This document shows, in pieces, positions 8,967 to 17,073 of a stretch of DNA of 38,848 nt. The DNA comes from Clostridia bacterium (lineage in GTDB: Bacteria > Bacillota > Clostridia > Christensenellales > CAG-138). The number at the start of each line of letters is the position of its first letter. Within the stretch, counting starts at the first letter, position 1. Both the position numbers and the translations under genes were made by a program. Below the pieces are notes generated by a model. It was not told the origin of the DNA. It searched no databases and saw only the letters and a list, made by a program, of their open reading frames with translations. The stretch spans positions 1 through 38,848 of the forward strand of contig JAZNUG010000094.1 in NCBI GenBank assembly GCA_045592165.1, in the 5' to 3' direction.

Positions 8967-9748
8967 TCCCTTTCCTTTCCGCCGCAAAACCAGCCGTGCT
9001 GTCTGAGATAAGTCAATGATCTTTTCACGCCTTCTATTCCGCCCACCTCAAGGGTAACAGGAATGTTTCCGCTAAGGCTGCGCCGCATTCTGTCAGCCTT
9101 TTCCCAATCCACAGTTCCTTCGCCAATGGCCATATGATTATCGTATTTTCCATAGTTGTCCGACAGATGCAGGTATCCTATATAATCACCCAGCCTGTCA
9201 AACCAAGCCTCCATGGGAGCATTGGAGTAATTCACATGGCCGATATCCAGACACACCTTTACCCTGTCGCCGGACACCCGTTTCATTATGGCTTCCAACG
9301 GATCGGGATCTATATCCATGCTGTTTTCAACGCATATTGTTAAGCCATGCTTCTCCGCAAGCTCCATGAAATATTGGGCGGTGGTATCCGCCCAGCCGTC
9401 AATATACGCTCCCCTCAGGAAAGGCGCGCAGCTGGAATGAAACACCACCCATTCCGCGCCTATCTCTCGGGCAAAAAGACAGCTCTGCTCGCAGCACATT
9501 CTGGAATGCGCCCTCACGGCAGACGATGCGCTGGCAGGATTCACATCTATAAATGCACCGTGGATGGCTCTGGTGCGCCCAAGACTTTTATGCCAGGCCT
9601 TAAGTTCATTGCATAGGGACTCATTTGCCATGGCGGGAGCCATGAACATTTCTATGGGCTCATAATAAAGATTTTCCCGCAGAGCAAATTCGCGGCATAT
9701 ATCCCGCTCGTCATATCTTGGCTGTATCTGAAAAAAGAACTCTGACAT
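8963..9748 (-). CDS. Xylose-isomerase-like TIM-barrel protein (sugar phosphate isomerase/epimerase family)
   Basis: 261 aa. The motif series VVFHSS, ICVEN, CLDIGH, LHLSDN and VTLEV is typical of the AP-endonuclease-2 / xylose-isomerase-like fold. The gene starts 6 nt after the upstream stop. Confidence 0.8.
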   Translation of the reverse strand: MSEFFFQIQPRYDERDICREFALRENLYYEPIEMFMAPAMANESLCNELKAWHKSLGRTRAIHGAFIDVNPASASSAVRAHSRMCCEQSCLFAREIGAEWVVFHSSCAPFLRGAYIDGWADTTAQYFMELAEKHGLTICVENSMDIDPDPLEAIMKRVSGDRVKVCLDIGHVNYSNAPMEAWFDRLGDYIGYLHLSDNYGKYDNHMAIGEGTVDWEKADRMRRSLSGNIPVTLEVGGIEGVKRSLTYLRQHGWFCGGKERE

Positions 9749-9754
9749 AATCGA

Positions 9755-10276
9755 TTACCTGTTTTTGTCAATGAAGTTATATATGTTTCCGCTGTCGCTG
9801 ACGCCGGCTATGGCCTCGGCATAGTCGCTGATGAATTTGCCTACCTTCTCAATAAACCAGCTGCTTCCGGATTTTTCCTCTTTTTCGGCTTCAACGATTT
9901 CGGTTACTGCCCGGCAGGCTTCCATATAGTCATGGGTCAGCTGACGTATACGTTTGCTCATGTTCTTCATCATATCCAGCAGCACATCAGGATCATCGCC
10001 GAAATAACTGCCGAAGTTTTCCCCGCTGATAAGGAATACCTCAACGTCCTCCAGCGCCACCGCCGCAGCAGAGCGGCGCATGGAATCGATCAGTCCCATT
10101 TCGCCGAAGGTTGCGCCATGTCCTCCGCTTATCTCTGTAAGCAGCTTTTCATCCGGGCCGCCGAAGTTTGCGTATATTCCCACTCTGCCCCTGTTGAGAA
10201 CATACATCCACATTTCAAAGCTGCCCTCTTCAAATATAACATCACCTTTTTTATAATAACGGATCATATCTTCCAT
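9755..10276 (-). CDS. Stand-alone cyclic-nucleotide-binding (CNB) domain protein with no HTH
   Basis: 173 aa. The phosphate-binding cassette reads FGEMGLIDSMRRSAAAVA. The C-terminal helical extension contains RIRQLTHDYMEACRAV and SSWFIEKVGKFISDY. An AAGGAG RBS overlaps the end of the upstream gene. Confidence 0.85.
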   Translation of the reverse strand: MEDMIRYYKKGDVIFEEGSFEMWMYVLNRGRVGIYANFGGPDEKLLTEISGGHGATFGEMGLIDSMRRSAAAVALEDVEVFLISGENFGSYFGDDPDVLLDMMKNMSKRIRQLTHDYMEACRAVTEIVEAEKEEKSGSSWFIEKVGKFISDYAEAIAGVSDSGNIYNFIDKNR

Positions 10277-10284
10277 GCCTGATA

Positions 10285-10782
10285 TTACTCCTTATCTGCA
10301 CAGTCTGCCGTCGTTTTCCTATAATCCTCCACAAACTTTCCTGCTCTGTCCCGGAACCAGCCGCTCTTTTCCCCGCCGCTCTCCTGAGATTCCACCGCTT
10401 CCTTTACCGCGCGGCAGGCATCCATATAATCTCCGGTAAGGGTGCGTATACGCTTACCCATGCTCTGCATGACGGCGATAACCTTTTCCGGCCGTTCCCT
10501 AAGATAACGGCTGAAGGTATTCCTGTTGATTACCTCCACCCTTGTTTCCCTTTCCAGCGCAACGGCAGTGGCGCTGCGGGGCGCTTCATCCACAAGGCCC
10601 ATCTCCCCGAAGATGTCATCTCCCCTGAGCCGGGCAAGCATCTTCTCTGCGGATGTGCCGTAATTAAGGTATATACCAACGCTTCCCCAGCGGATATCAT
10701 ACATACAGTCCGCAGGGTCTCCCTGTCTGAATATTATTTCACCTTTTTTATAGGATTTATATTCTCTTGCGTATTCCGACAT
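10285..10782 (-). CDS. Stand-alone CNB domain protein, paralog of 9755..10276
   Basis: The cassette reads FGEMGLVDEAPRSATAVA. The same C-terminal pattern appears as RIRTLTGDYMDACRAV and SGWFRDRAGKFVEDY. I chose the ATG at 10782 (MSEY...); the GTG at 10788 is an alternative. Confidence 0.85.
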   Translation of the reverse strand: MSEYAREYKSYKKGEIIFRQGDPADCMYDIRWGSVGIYLNYGTSAEKMLARLRGDDIFGEMGLVDEAPRSATAVALERETRVEVINRNTFSRYLRERPEKVIAVMQSMGKRIRTLTGDYMDACRAVKEAVESQESGGEKSGWFRDRAGKFVEDYRKTTADCADKE

Positions 10783-10933
10783 AAGCACAGGCTTGCCTTT
10801 CGTAAGATTGTATTCATTATACAGGTATATGCAGCAGCAGATATGTTTTCATTATCAGTATATCTGAAAATACTGAACACAGCAATCCTAATCGGCCGAT
10901 AATGCTGTTTAAAGCAAAAGAAGCTGGCAGAAC

Positions 10934-10970
10934 ACAGAAACATCCCCCGTTACTGCCGGAACGGGGGATG
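10934..10970 (-). terminator. Intrinsic terminator after the GH13 gene
   Basis: The stem CATCCCCCGT / ACGGGGGATG (10941..10970) is followed in minus sense by TTTCTGTGTT. Confidence 0.75.
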
Positions 10971-10981
10971 TTGTTTTGCGC

Positions 10982-12274
10982 TTATTCTGATTTTACGGAT
11001 ATCACCACAGGATTTCCGCCGCAGCGTATCATTCCATCGCACACCTCTACGGTATTGCCGTCCAGACGGTTGATGTAGCTGCCGTCTGGCAGATCCACCT
11101 GAACATCCGCTGCAATTCCCTTAAGGCTGAATATGCCTATTTTCCTGCTGATATTGTCATCCCTTTCAAGGATAGCAATGTGATTTGTATCATCCGCACT
11201 GCCCTTGAAGTAATCCTCTGCAGAAAGCAGGTCCTTCTTAAACTTATACAGCTTTGCGAACAAAGGACTTATATCTTTACCCTCATTCCTTCGGAATACA
11301 TCCTTATCAAAGAGGCTTGGCACATGATCCTCCTGATATTCCTGTCCTGCATACAGAAGGGTGGTGCCCTTGAGGAAATACAGGAACGCGGTAAAGTTTT
11401 CAAGAGCCCTCTCATCTCTTATATAGGAACAGATACGGGGCTGATCGTGATTTTCAAGGCAGCGCATTTTTATGTAGTTATCCGGATAGGCGCACTCCTG
11501 AAAATTAAGCATGTCTATATAGTTTGACAAATTTGCCCCACCTTTGAGATAGCGGTCAAACACCTCGCGAATATCGTAATCATACTCAATGTCAAAGGCA
11601 GTAAACATATCATAATCATTGGCAGAATAAAGGCCGCTCTTGCGGGCAAACTGACCGAAACCTCCATGTACGGTTTCCGCGAGCCATATGCAGTCCGGAT
11701 GCACCTTCTCCACGGCCTCACGAACCCTGCACCAGAACTCCACCGGCACAAAGGAGGCCACGTCGCAGCGGAAGCCATCCACTATTTGTGCCCACATGAC
11801 AAGGGATTCGATCTGATAATCCCACAGTTCCCTGCAGGTGTAGTCCAGATCCACAACATCCGTCCACTCCCCGACGTGATTGCCCATGGAACCGTCTTCC
11901 TTGCGGTAGAAAAACTCAGGATGCTCTCCGGTCAGAGTGGAGTCGGGGGAAGTGTGATTATACACCACGTCTATGATGCACTTCATGCCCCGGGCGTGAA
12001 TCTCATCAACCAGACGGCAAAAATCTTCCATTGTGCCGTATTCGGGGTTAACTGTGCGATAGTCCCTGTTTGCATAGGGGCAGCCCAGGCTGCCTTTTTT
12101 CCCCTTTATGCCGATGGGATGTATGGGCAAAAGCCATATTATGTCAGTACCCAGAGCCTTTATTCGGTCAAGGTCCGGAATCACAGCGCTGAAAGTACCC
12201 TCAGCGGTATGATTCCGCACATAGATGGAGTAGATAACATCAGAGCGCAAAGCAATGTTTGTCTGTTTTGCCAT
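10982..12274 (-). CDS. Cytoplasmic glycoside hydrolase family 13 (alpha-amylase family) enzyme
   Basis: 430 aa with no signal peptide. The GH13 conserved regions are present: IDVVYNHTS, GFRCDVASFV, IWLAE and LENHDQ. Confidence 0.9.
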   Translation of the reverse strand: MAKQTNIALRSDVIYSIYVRNHTAEGTFSAVIPDLDRIKALGTDIIWLLPIHPIGIKGKKGSLGCPYANRDYRTVNPEYGTMEDFCRLVDEIHARGMKCIIDVVYNHTSPDSTLTGEHPEFFYRKEDGSMGNHVGEWTDVVDLDYTCRELWDYQIESLVMWAQIVDGFRCDVASFVPVEFWCRVREAVEKVHPDCIWLAETVHGGFGQFARKSGLYSANDYDMFTAFDIEYDYDIREVFDRYLKGGANLSNYIDMLNFQECAYPDNYIKMRCLENHDQPRICSYIRDERALENFTAFLYFLKGTTLLYAGQEYQEDHVPSLFDKDVFRRNEGKDISPLFAKLYKFKKDLLSAEDYFKGSADDTNHIAILERDDNISRKIGIFSLKGIAADVQVDLPDGSYINRLDGNTVEVCDGMIRCGGNPVVISVKSE

Positions 12275-12377
12275 AGTAGGATATCTCCTGTGAAAACGTT
12301 ATTTTCAGATATATTTAAGATAACATACCGGACCGAAAAATTAAAGAATGCAGGCAGATGCTGTATGTTCGCAATCA

Positions 12378-13352
12378 TTAATTCTCTGCAAAGTAATTCT
12401 CCCGGGCATAGTTAAAATTATCCAGCAGAAACTTCAGCGCCTCCCTGCTGACTTTTGCACGGGGGGCCATCAAATCAAAGGCATGAAAACAACCTTCGTA
12501 TTCTCTGAAGCGTACCTCCACTCCCTGCTCCTTCAGTCGGTTTACAAAGGTTACGGTTTCATCATAGAAGGGCTCAATTGTACCGATATATGTGAAGACG
12601 GGAGGCAATCCCCTCAGATCCTGCGCCCTTGCAGGGGCAGCGTATATTGGCAGATTGTCCCTGTCCAATCCCTCAAGATACTTATCCCACCCAACTATAT
12701 TGGACGGCGTATCCCACACGGGAGCATTGTTGTCCCTGGAAGACTCTGTAATGCGGTCATCTATCATAGGATACAGGGGCATCTGGAAAGCTACGTTCAC
12801 CTCTCCCTTGTCTCTTGCATACAGGCACAGAGCAGCGGTAAGGCCGCCACCCGCACTCTCTCCGCCCACGAACAGCTGGTTTTTGTTTATACCGAGTTCC
12901 TCGGCATGCTGCAGCATCCATGTCAGTGCAAGGTAACAATCCTCAATGGCGGCAGGGTAAGGGGCTGTTGTGCTGAGGGTGTAGGCAGGCATAACTGCCA
13001 CAGTTCCCCCGTCCTTTATCATCGGATCCACAAAAAAGCTGCCCTCCTCCGGCTCACCAAGGGCATATCCTCCCCCGTGAATCCACAGCAGGCCCGCGGC
13101 ATCCGGCTTTGTACCCGCCCTGGAGCGGCAAACCAGCATACGCAGCTCAGTTCCGTCCGGTCTCTGTATGTATTTCATCTCAGCCGTCGTATTTTTGCCC
13201 TTCCATCTGCCGGGAAGCCGTTTTTCTTCTTTGGTTTTCCGCCATACAATACTCAATGTATCGAACTTGGGCATGGTAAGCTTGAGAAATATGCCGCTGA
13301 GGCGCAGATCTTTATGAATATCCTTATTGCGAATAACTGCCATATTTGCCAT
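12378..13352 (-). CDS. Alpha/beta hydrolase, esterase/lipase (hormone-sensitive-lipase-like family)
   Basis: An HGGGY oxyanion motif (LWIHGGGYALG) and a GESAGG nucleophile elbow are present. The start may instead be the ATG at 13343, which has better spacing to AAGGGA. Confidence 0.85.
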   Translation of the reverse strand: MANMAVIRNKDIHKDLRLSGIFLKLTMPKFDTLSIVWRKTKEEKRLPGRWKGKNTTAEMKYIQRPDGTELRMLVCRSRAGTKPDAAGLLWIHGGGYALGEPEEGSFFVDPMIKDGGTVAVMPAYTLSTTAPYPAAIEDCYLALTWMLQHAEELGINKNQLFVGGESAGGGLTAALCLYARDKGEVNVAFQMPLYPMIDDRITESSRDNNAPVWDTPSNIVGWDKYLEGLDRDNLPIYAAPARAQDLRGLPPVFTYIGTIEPFYDETVTFVNRLKEQGVEVRFREYEGCFHAFDLMAPRAKVSREALKFLLDNFNYARENYFAEN

Positions 13353-13682
13353 TCCCTTTCGGTTGTTTTATTTCCGGTTAATTATACCATGTTTTTCCAT
13401 AATAAAAGAATACGCCAATGTCGCTGTATAGGCAATCCCCGGCGTCTTGCATCCGGACCGGTATTCATTTACATAGCCCTCCTGTTTATCCCCCTAATTA
13501 AATAATCTGAGCTATCTCATTGACAGACGCAAATCAAAAATGCTACCATGCCACAAGAAATATAATTTTTACAGATAAATGCATATTGTTCCAACGGAAA
13601 CGCACTCTGCTGCACCGACAATATACATTTTCCCCTGTCCGCACACCCCACAACAGCCTTTTCATGCTGCGAGGTAATAATA

Positions 13683-14150
13683 ATGCTTACTGTTCGTATT
13701 CCCGGACGTGATGATTTCACCGTCAGCCATCTTTTACTTGATTATAACGGCACCATTGCCCTTGACGGCAATGTTATTCCCACTATTCTCCCTCAGCTGG
13801 AGCAGCTGAGCAAGGACCTTTGCATTTATGTTATCACCGCCGATACCCACGGCACCGCAAGCAAAAACTGCGAAGGTTTGCCTCTCGAGGTAAAAGTATT
13901 TCCCACAACAGATGTGGGCAGGATCAAAGCCGAAGAAGCCCGCAGGCTCAGCGGCGGCGTAGCCTGCATCGGCAACGGCTTCAACGATATTCAGATGTCC
14001 GATGTCTGCGACCTTTCCATCTGCGTTATTGGCAGGGAAGGCTGCTGCGGCGCCCTGCTGTCCCATGCGGATGTGGTGGTTACCTCAATTGAGGATGCAT
14101 TGGATCTGCTCATCAAAACCGACCGTCTCCGGGCAACACTGCGTACATAA
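13683..14150 (+). CDS. Stand-alone HAD / P-type-ATPase P-domain-like protein (soluble P-type ATPase family)
   Basis: 155 aa. DYNGT resembles the P-type DKTGT motif and GNGFND resembles the GDGxND hinge motif. The RBS is GAGGTAATAATA before the ATG. Confidence 0.8.
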   Translation: MLTVRIPGRDDFTVSHLLLDYNGTIALDGNVIPTILPQLEQLSKDLCIYVITADTHGTASKNCEGLPLEVKVFPTTDVGRIKAEEARRLSGGVACIGNGFNDIQMSDVCDLSICVIGREGCCGALLSHADVVVTSIEDALDLLIKTDRLRATLRT

Positions 14151-14166
14151 AAAATATTTCATCATA

Positions 14167-14193
14167 CAAAAAGCACCCCGGGGTGCTTTTTTT
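14167..14193. terminator. Bidirectional intrinsic terminator
   Basis: AAAAAGCACCCCGGGGTGCTTTTTTT lies between the convergent genes 13683..14150 (+) and 14204..14542 (-). Confidence 0.8.
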
Positions 14194-14203
14194 GATTGTT
14201 TCA

Positions 14204-14542
14204 TTACATGAATGCGTTCAGCATGCCTGCTGTGCAGGACAGGGCGGCCATTATATGGGCCGCTCTGTGAAAACCGAGCCGCTCTCCGCCCATGCGCCTG
14301 AGCAGAACAGCCCCGACCGCCATCAGGCCGAGCACAACTGCTATCAGCAGCTGCCCCGTATAATAGGGCCAGAAAATTCTTATGCTTACAGTCATGACGT
14401 ATATGCCGAGAACTGCCGACACATACAGGCAGGCTGCCTTATTTCTGCTGTTCTTTGACAAAAACATCAGCAGTACAGCCGTTGCTCCGGCCACAGCCAG
14501 CATCATGAACGCAATAATCAGCCAATCAAGATTCGTGTACAA
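14204..14542 (-). CDS. Small hypothetical membrane protein (3-4 predicted TM helices)
   Basis: 112 aa and strongly hydrophobic. It uses a TTG start with AAGAGGA 8 nt upstream. I recognised no family motif. Confidence 0.5.
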   Translation of the reverse strand: MYTNLDWLIIAFMMLAVAGATAVLLMFLSKNSRNKAACLYVSAVLGIYVMTVSIRIFWPYYTGQLLIAVVLGLMAVGAVLLRRMGGERLGFHRAAHIMAALSCTAGMLNAFM

Positions 14543-14813
14543 ATTTGTTAATCCTCTTTTCTTTTTTGTTCTGTCCGGAAAAATGGAGCTGCCTCAGAAT
14601 AATAATTTACAGATAATATCCGGGAATACAGGCGATCTCCTTTTCTTCCTTCAAAACTTGCTTCACATTCTACAATTCCCCTTTCCCCATTTCAACAGAA
14701 CAGATGTTTGTTTACAAAACCATAATTAACCGTACACATTTGGGTTTTTTTAAGCAGAAAGCAGCCGCCGGTCATTCCGGCAGCTGCCTGCTTCAAAATT
14801 TCTTATTATGATT

Positions 14814-16505
14814 TTACTTATCCATTCCGCAGTCAAAGGCTGCTTCAATCAGGGCGCGGTCATTCATCACCGCATCGTAGAAGCGGAATCCGCCGGAGAA
14901 ATTGTATGCATCATATCCGTTTCCTTCAAGAATACGGCAGGCAATGTAACTGCGAAGGCCGCTCTGACAGATGACGTACACCGGCTTTCCCTTATCCACC
15001 TCATCCAGGCGCTCACGAAGCTCATCCACAGGAATATTTGTGAATCCCTCTATATGGCCCCGGCTGTATTCTCCCACAGTGCGAGTATCGAGCAGCACAA
15101 CACTGCCATCCCGTGGCAGCTTTGCGGCATCCTCAAAATGCCACTGCTTAAGGGTTCCGTTGGCGATGTTGTCAATCATGAAGCCTGCCATGTTGACAGG
15201 ATCCTTTGCAGAGGAATATGGCGGCGCATAAGCAAGGTCAAGATCCTTAAGCTGGGTTGCCTTCATCCCTGCATGAATTGCGGTGGCCAGCACGTCAATG
15301 CGCTTGTCAACGCCTTCCGAGCCCACTATCTGAGCGCCCAGCAGGCGGAATGTCTCTTTTTCAAACACCACCTTAACAGTCATAACCCTTCCGCCGGGAT
15401 AATATCCTGCATGGCTCATGGGGGAAAGTATCACGGTATCCACATCCAGTCCGGCCTTGCGGGCATTGGTTTCGTTGATGCCGGTTGCGGCGGCAGTAAT
15501 ACCGAATACCTTGATAATGCTGCTGCCCTGACTTCCCTTATATCTGCTGTCGCCTCCGCAGATATTGTCCGCAATGATGCGTCCCTGTTTATTTGCAGGG
15601 CCCGCAAGAGAAATAAGAGTATCCTGACCGGTTACATAGTGCTTTACCTGCACGGCATCGCCTGCGGCATAAATATCAGGCACAGAGGTTTCCATTCTGT
15701 CGTTCACAACAATGCTGTCCTTTATGCTAAGCTTTATTCCCGCTTCCTTTGCAAGGGCGGTATCCGGAGTAACTCCTATTGCCAGCACAACCATGTCCCC
15801 ATGGAGGGGCTCTTCATCCTTGAGAAGCACATCCACGCCGCCATCCTTTTCCTCAAAACCCTCAACGGTATGGCCCAGGGCAAGCCTTATGCCGTGCTTG
15901 CGCATCTCACCGTGGATAAAGGCCGCCATGTCCCCATCAAAGGGATTCATAAGCTGTTTTGGCCGCTGAACAATCGTCACATCCATTCCGAGCTCCCGGA
16001 GGTTTTCCGCAAGTTCAATGCTGATAAAGCCGCCGCCCGCCAACACCGCAGATTTTGGCCCATGCTCATCGATGTAATTCTTTATGCGGAAGGTATCCTC
16101 CACAGTGCGGAGGGTAAACACCTTGTCTATACCCACGCCCGGAAGTCTGGGCTGAGTGGGCTTTGCACCGGGAGAAAGTATCAGCTTATCGTAGTCTTCC
16201 TCAAATTCTTCCCCGGTGGCAAGGTTTTTTACAGCAACCGTCTTTCTTTCGGGATGAATTGCGGTCACTTCATGCCGCACCTTCATATTCACCCGGAAGC
16301 GGGAAAAGAAGCTTTCGGGAGTCTGCAGGGTAAGCTCCTCAGGATCCGTTATCACTTCGCCGATATAATACGGCAAACCGCAATTTGCATAGGAAACATA
16401 ACCTGAACGTTCAAATACGGTTATCTCCGCCTGTTCATCCAGCCTGCGAATACGCGCCGCAGCGGTTGCGCCGCCTGCAACTCCGCCAACAATAACAACT
16501 TTCAT
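14814..16505 (-). CDS. CoA-disulfide reductase / NAD(P)H persulfide reductase-type flavoprotein with a C-terminal rhodanese domain
   Basis: The ATG at 16505 opens MKVVIVGGVAGGATAAARIRR (FAD fold). The redox Cys lies in SYANCGLPYY and a second dinucleotide fold reads VLAGGGFISIE. The C-terminal rhodanese active site is YVICQSGLRS. Confidence 0.9.
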   Translation of the reverse strand: MKVVIVGGVAGGATAAARIRRLDEQAEITVFERSGYVSYANCGLPYYIGEVITDPEELTLQTPESFFSRFRVNMKVRHEVTAIHPERKTVAVKNLATGEEFEEDYDKLILSPGAKPTQPRLPGVGIDKVFTLRTVEDTFRIKNYIDEHGPKSAVLAGGGFISIELAENLRELGMDVTIVQRPKQLMNPFDGDMAAFIHGEMRKHGIRLALGHTVEGFEEKDGGVDVLLKDEEPLHGDMVVLAIGVTPDTALAKEAGIKLSIKDSIVVNDRMETSVPDIYAAGDAVQVKHYVTGQDTLISLAGPANKQGRIIADNICGGDSRYKGSQGSSIIKVFGITAAATGINETNARKAGLDVDTVILSPMSHAGYYPGGRVMTVKVVFEKETFRLLGAQIVGSEGVDKRIDVLATAIHAGMKATQLKDLDLAYAPPYSSAKDPVNMAGFMIDNIANGTLKQWHFEDAAKLPRDGSVVLLDTRTVGEYSRGHIEGFTNIPVDELRERLDEVDKGKPVYVICQSGLRSYIACRILEGNGYDAYNFSGGFRFYDAVMNDRALIEAAFDCGMDK

Positions 16506-16506
16506 A

Positions 16507-16827
16507 TTATCGCGCCACCTTTCCGGAATAAGCGGCAATGCCGCCAATATTGTTTACATTGCTGTATCCCATATACTGCAGTATCTTTGCTGCCTGCCGG
16601 CTTCTTGCGCCGGACTGGCAGTATACATACAGGGGAACATCTTTATTTTCCAACCTCTCCTCCGCCCTGTCAATGGCCTGCAGTGGAACATTTATGCTGC
16701 CGGGTATATGTCCCGACCTGTATTCCTGATACGTCCTTACATCCACCAACACTGCTTCAGGGGTCTGGCTGTATTCCCTGTATCCTTTATTAATATCAGG
16801 CTGCTTTAAAAAATCAAAAAATCCCAT
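16507..16827 (-). CDS. Single-domain rhodanese-like sulfurtransferase
   Basis: 106 aa with the active-site loop YVYCQSGARS and an AAGGAGA RBS. Its stop codon lies 1 nt before the ATG of the downstream flavoprotein. Confidence 0.85.
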   Translation of the reverse strand: MGFFDFLKQPDINKGYREYSQTPEAVLVDVRTYQEYRSGHIPGSINVPLQAIDRAEERLENKDVPLYVYCQSGARSRQAAKILQYMGYSNVNNIGGIAAYSGKVAR

Positions 16828-17073
16828 ATATTTATCTCCTTGAATATTTGAATTGCTGATGTCCTGTCATTGAACTGAGTATATTATAGACATGAATATC
16901 CCGCCCTTTCCGTGATGATATCACACATATGATTCGGAGATTGCATTATTCCCCGGCTGATCATATGCAGATCCGGATTTTTTATATATTATCCTTGAAT
17001 TGCATGCCTGCCGGTGCTATGCTGAACACAGGCACATCTATATTTTTTACATATAAGGAAAAGGAGGAGCATT

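Noticed and set aside
7563-10788. Reading the cyclase plus CNB proteins as a Pycsar/CBASS-like antiphage system.
   Set aside because: The cyclase carries an N-terminal PAS sensor typical of signalling enzymes. The CNB proteins have no TM, TIR, nuclease or other killing domain. No other defence or mobile genes flank the operon. I cannot exclude this reading, but the sequence does not support it.
16912-16924. The palindrome GTGAT-gat-ATCAC in the divergent region between the rhodanese and CrtI-like genes, considered as a CRP/FNR-type site.
   Set aside because: The half-site spacing does not match TGTGA-N6-TCACA or TTGAT-N4-ATCAA. The CNB proteins in the window lack DNA-binding domains. It may still be an operator for an unknown regulator, but the evidence is too thin.
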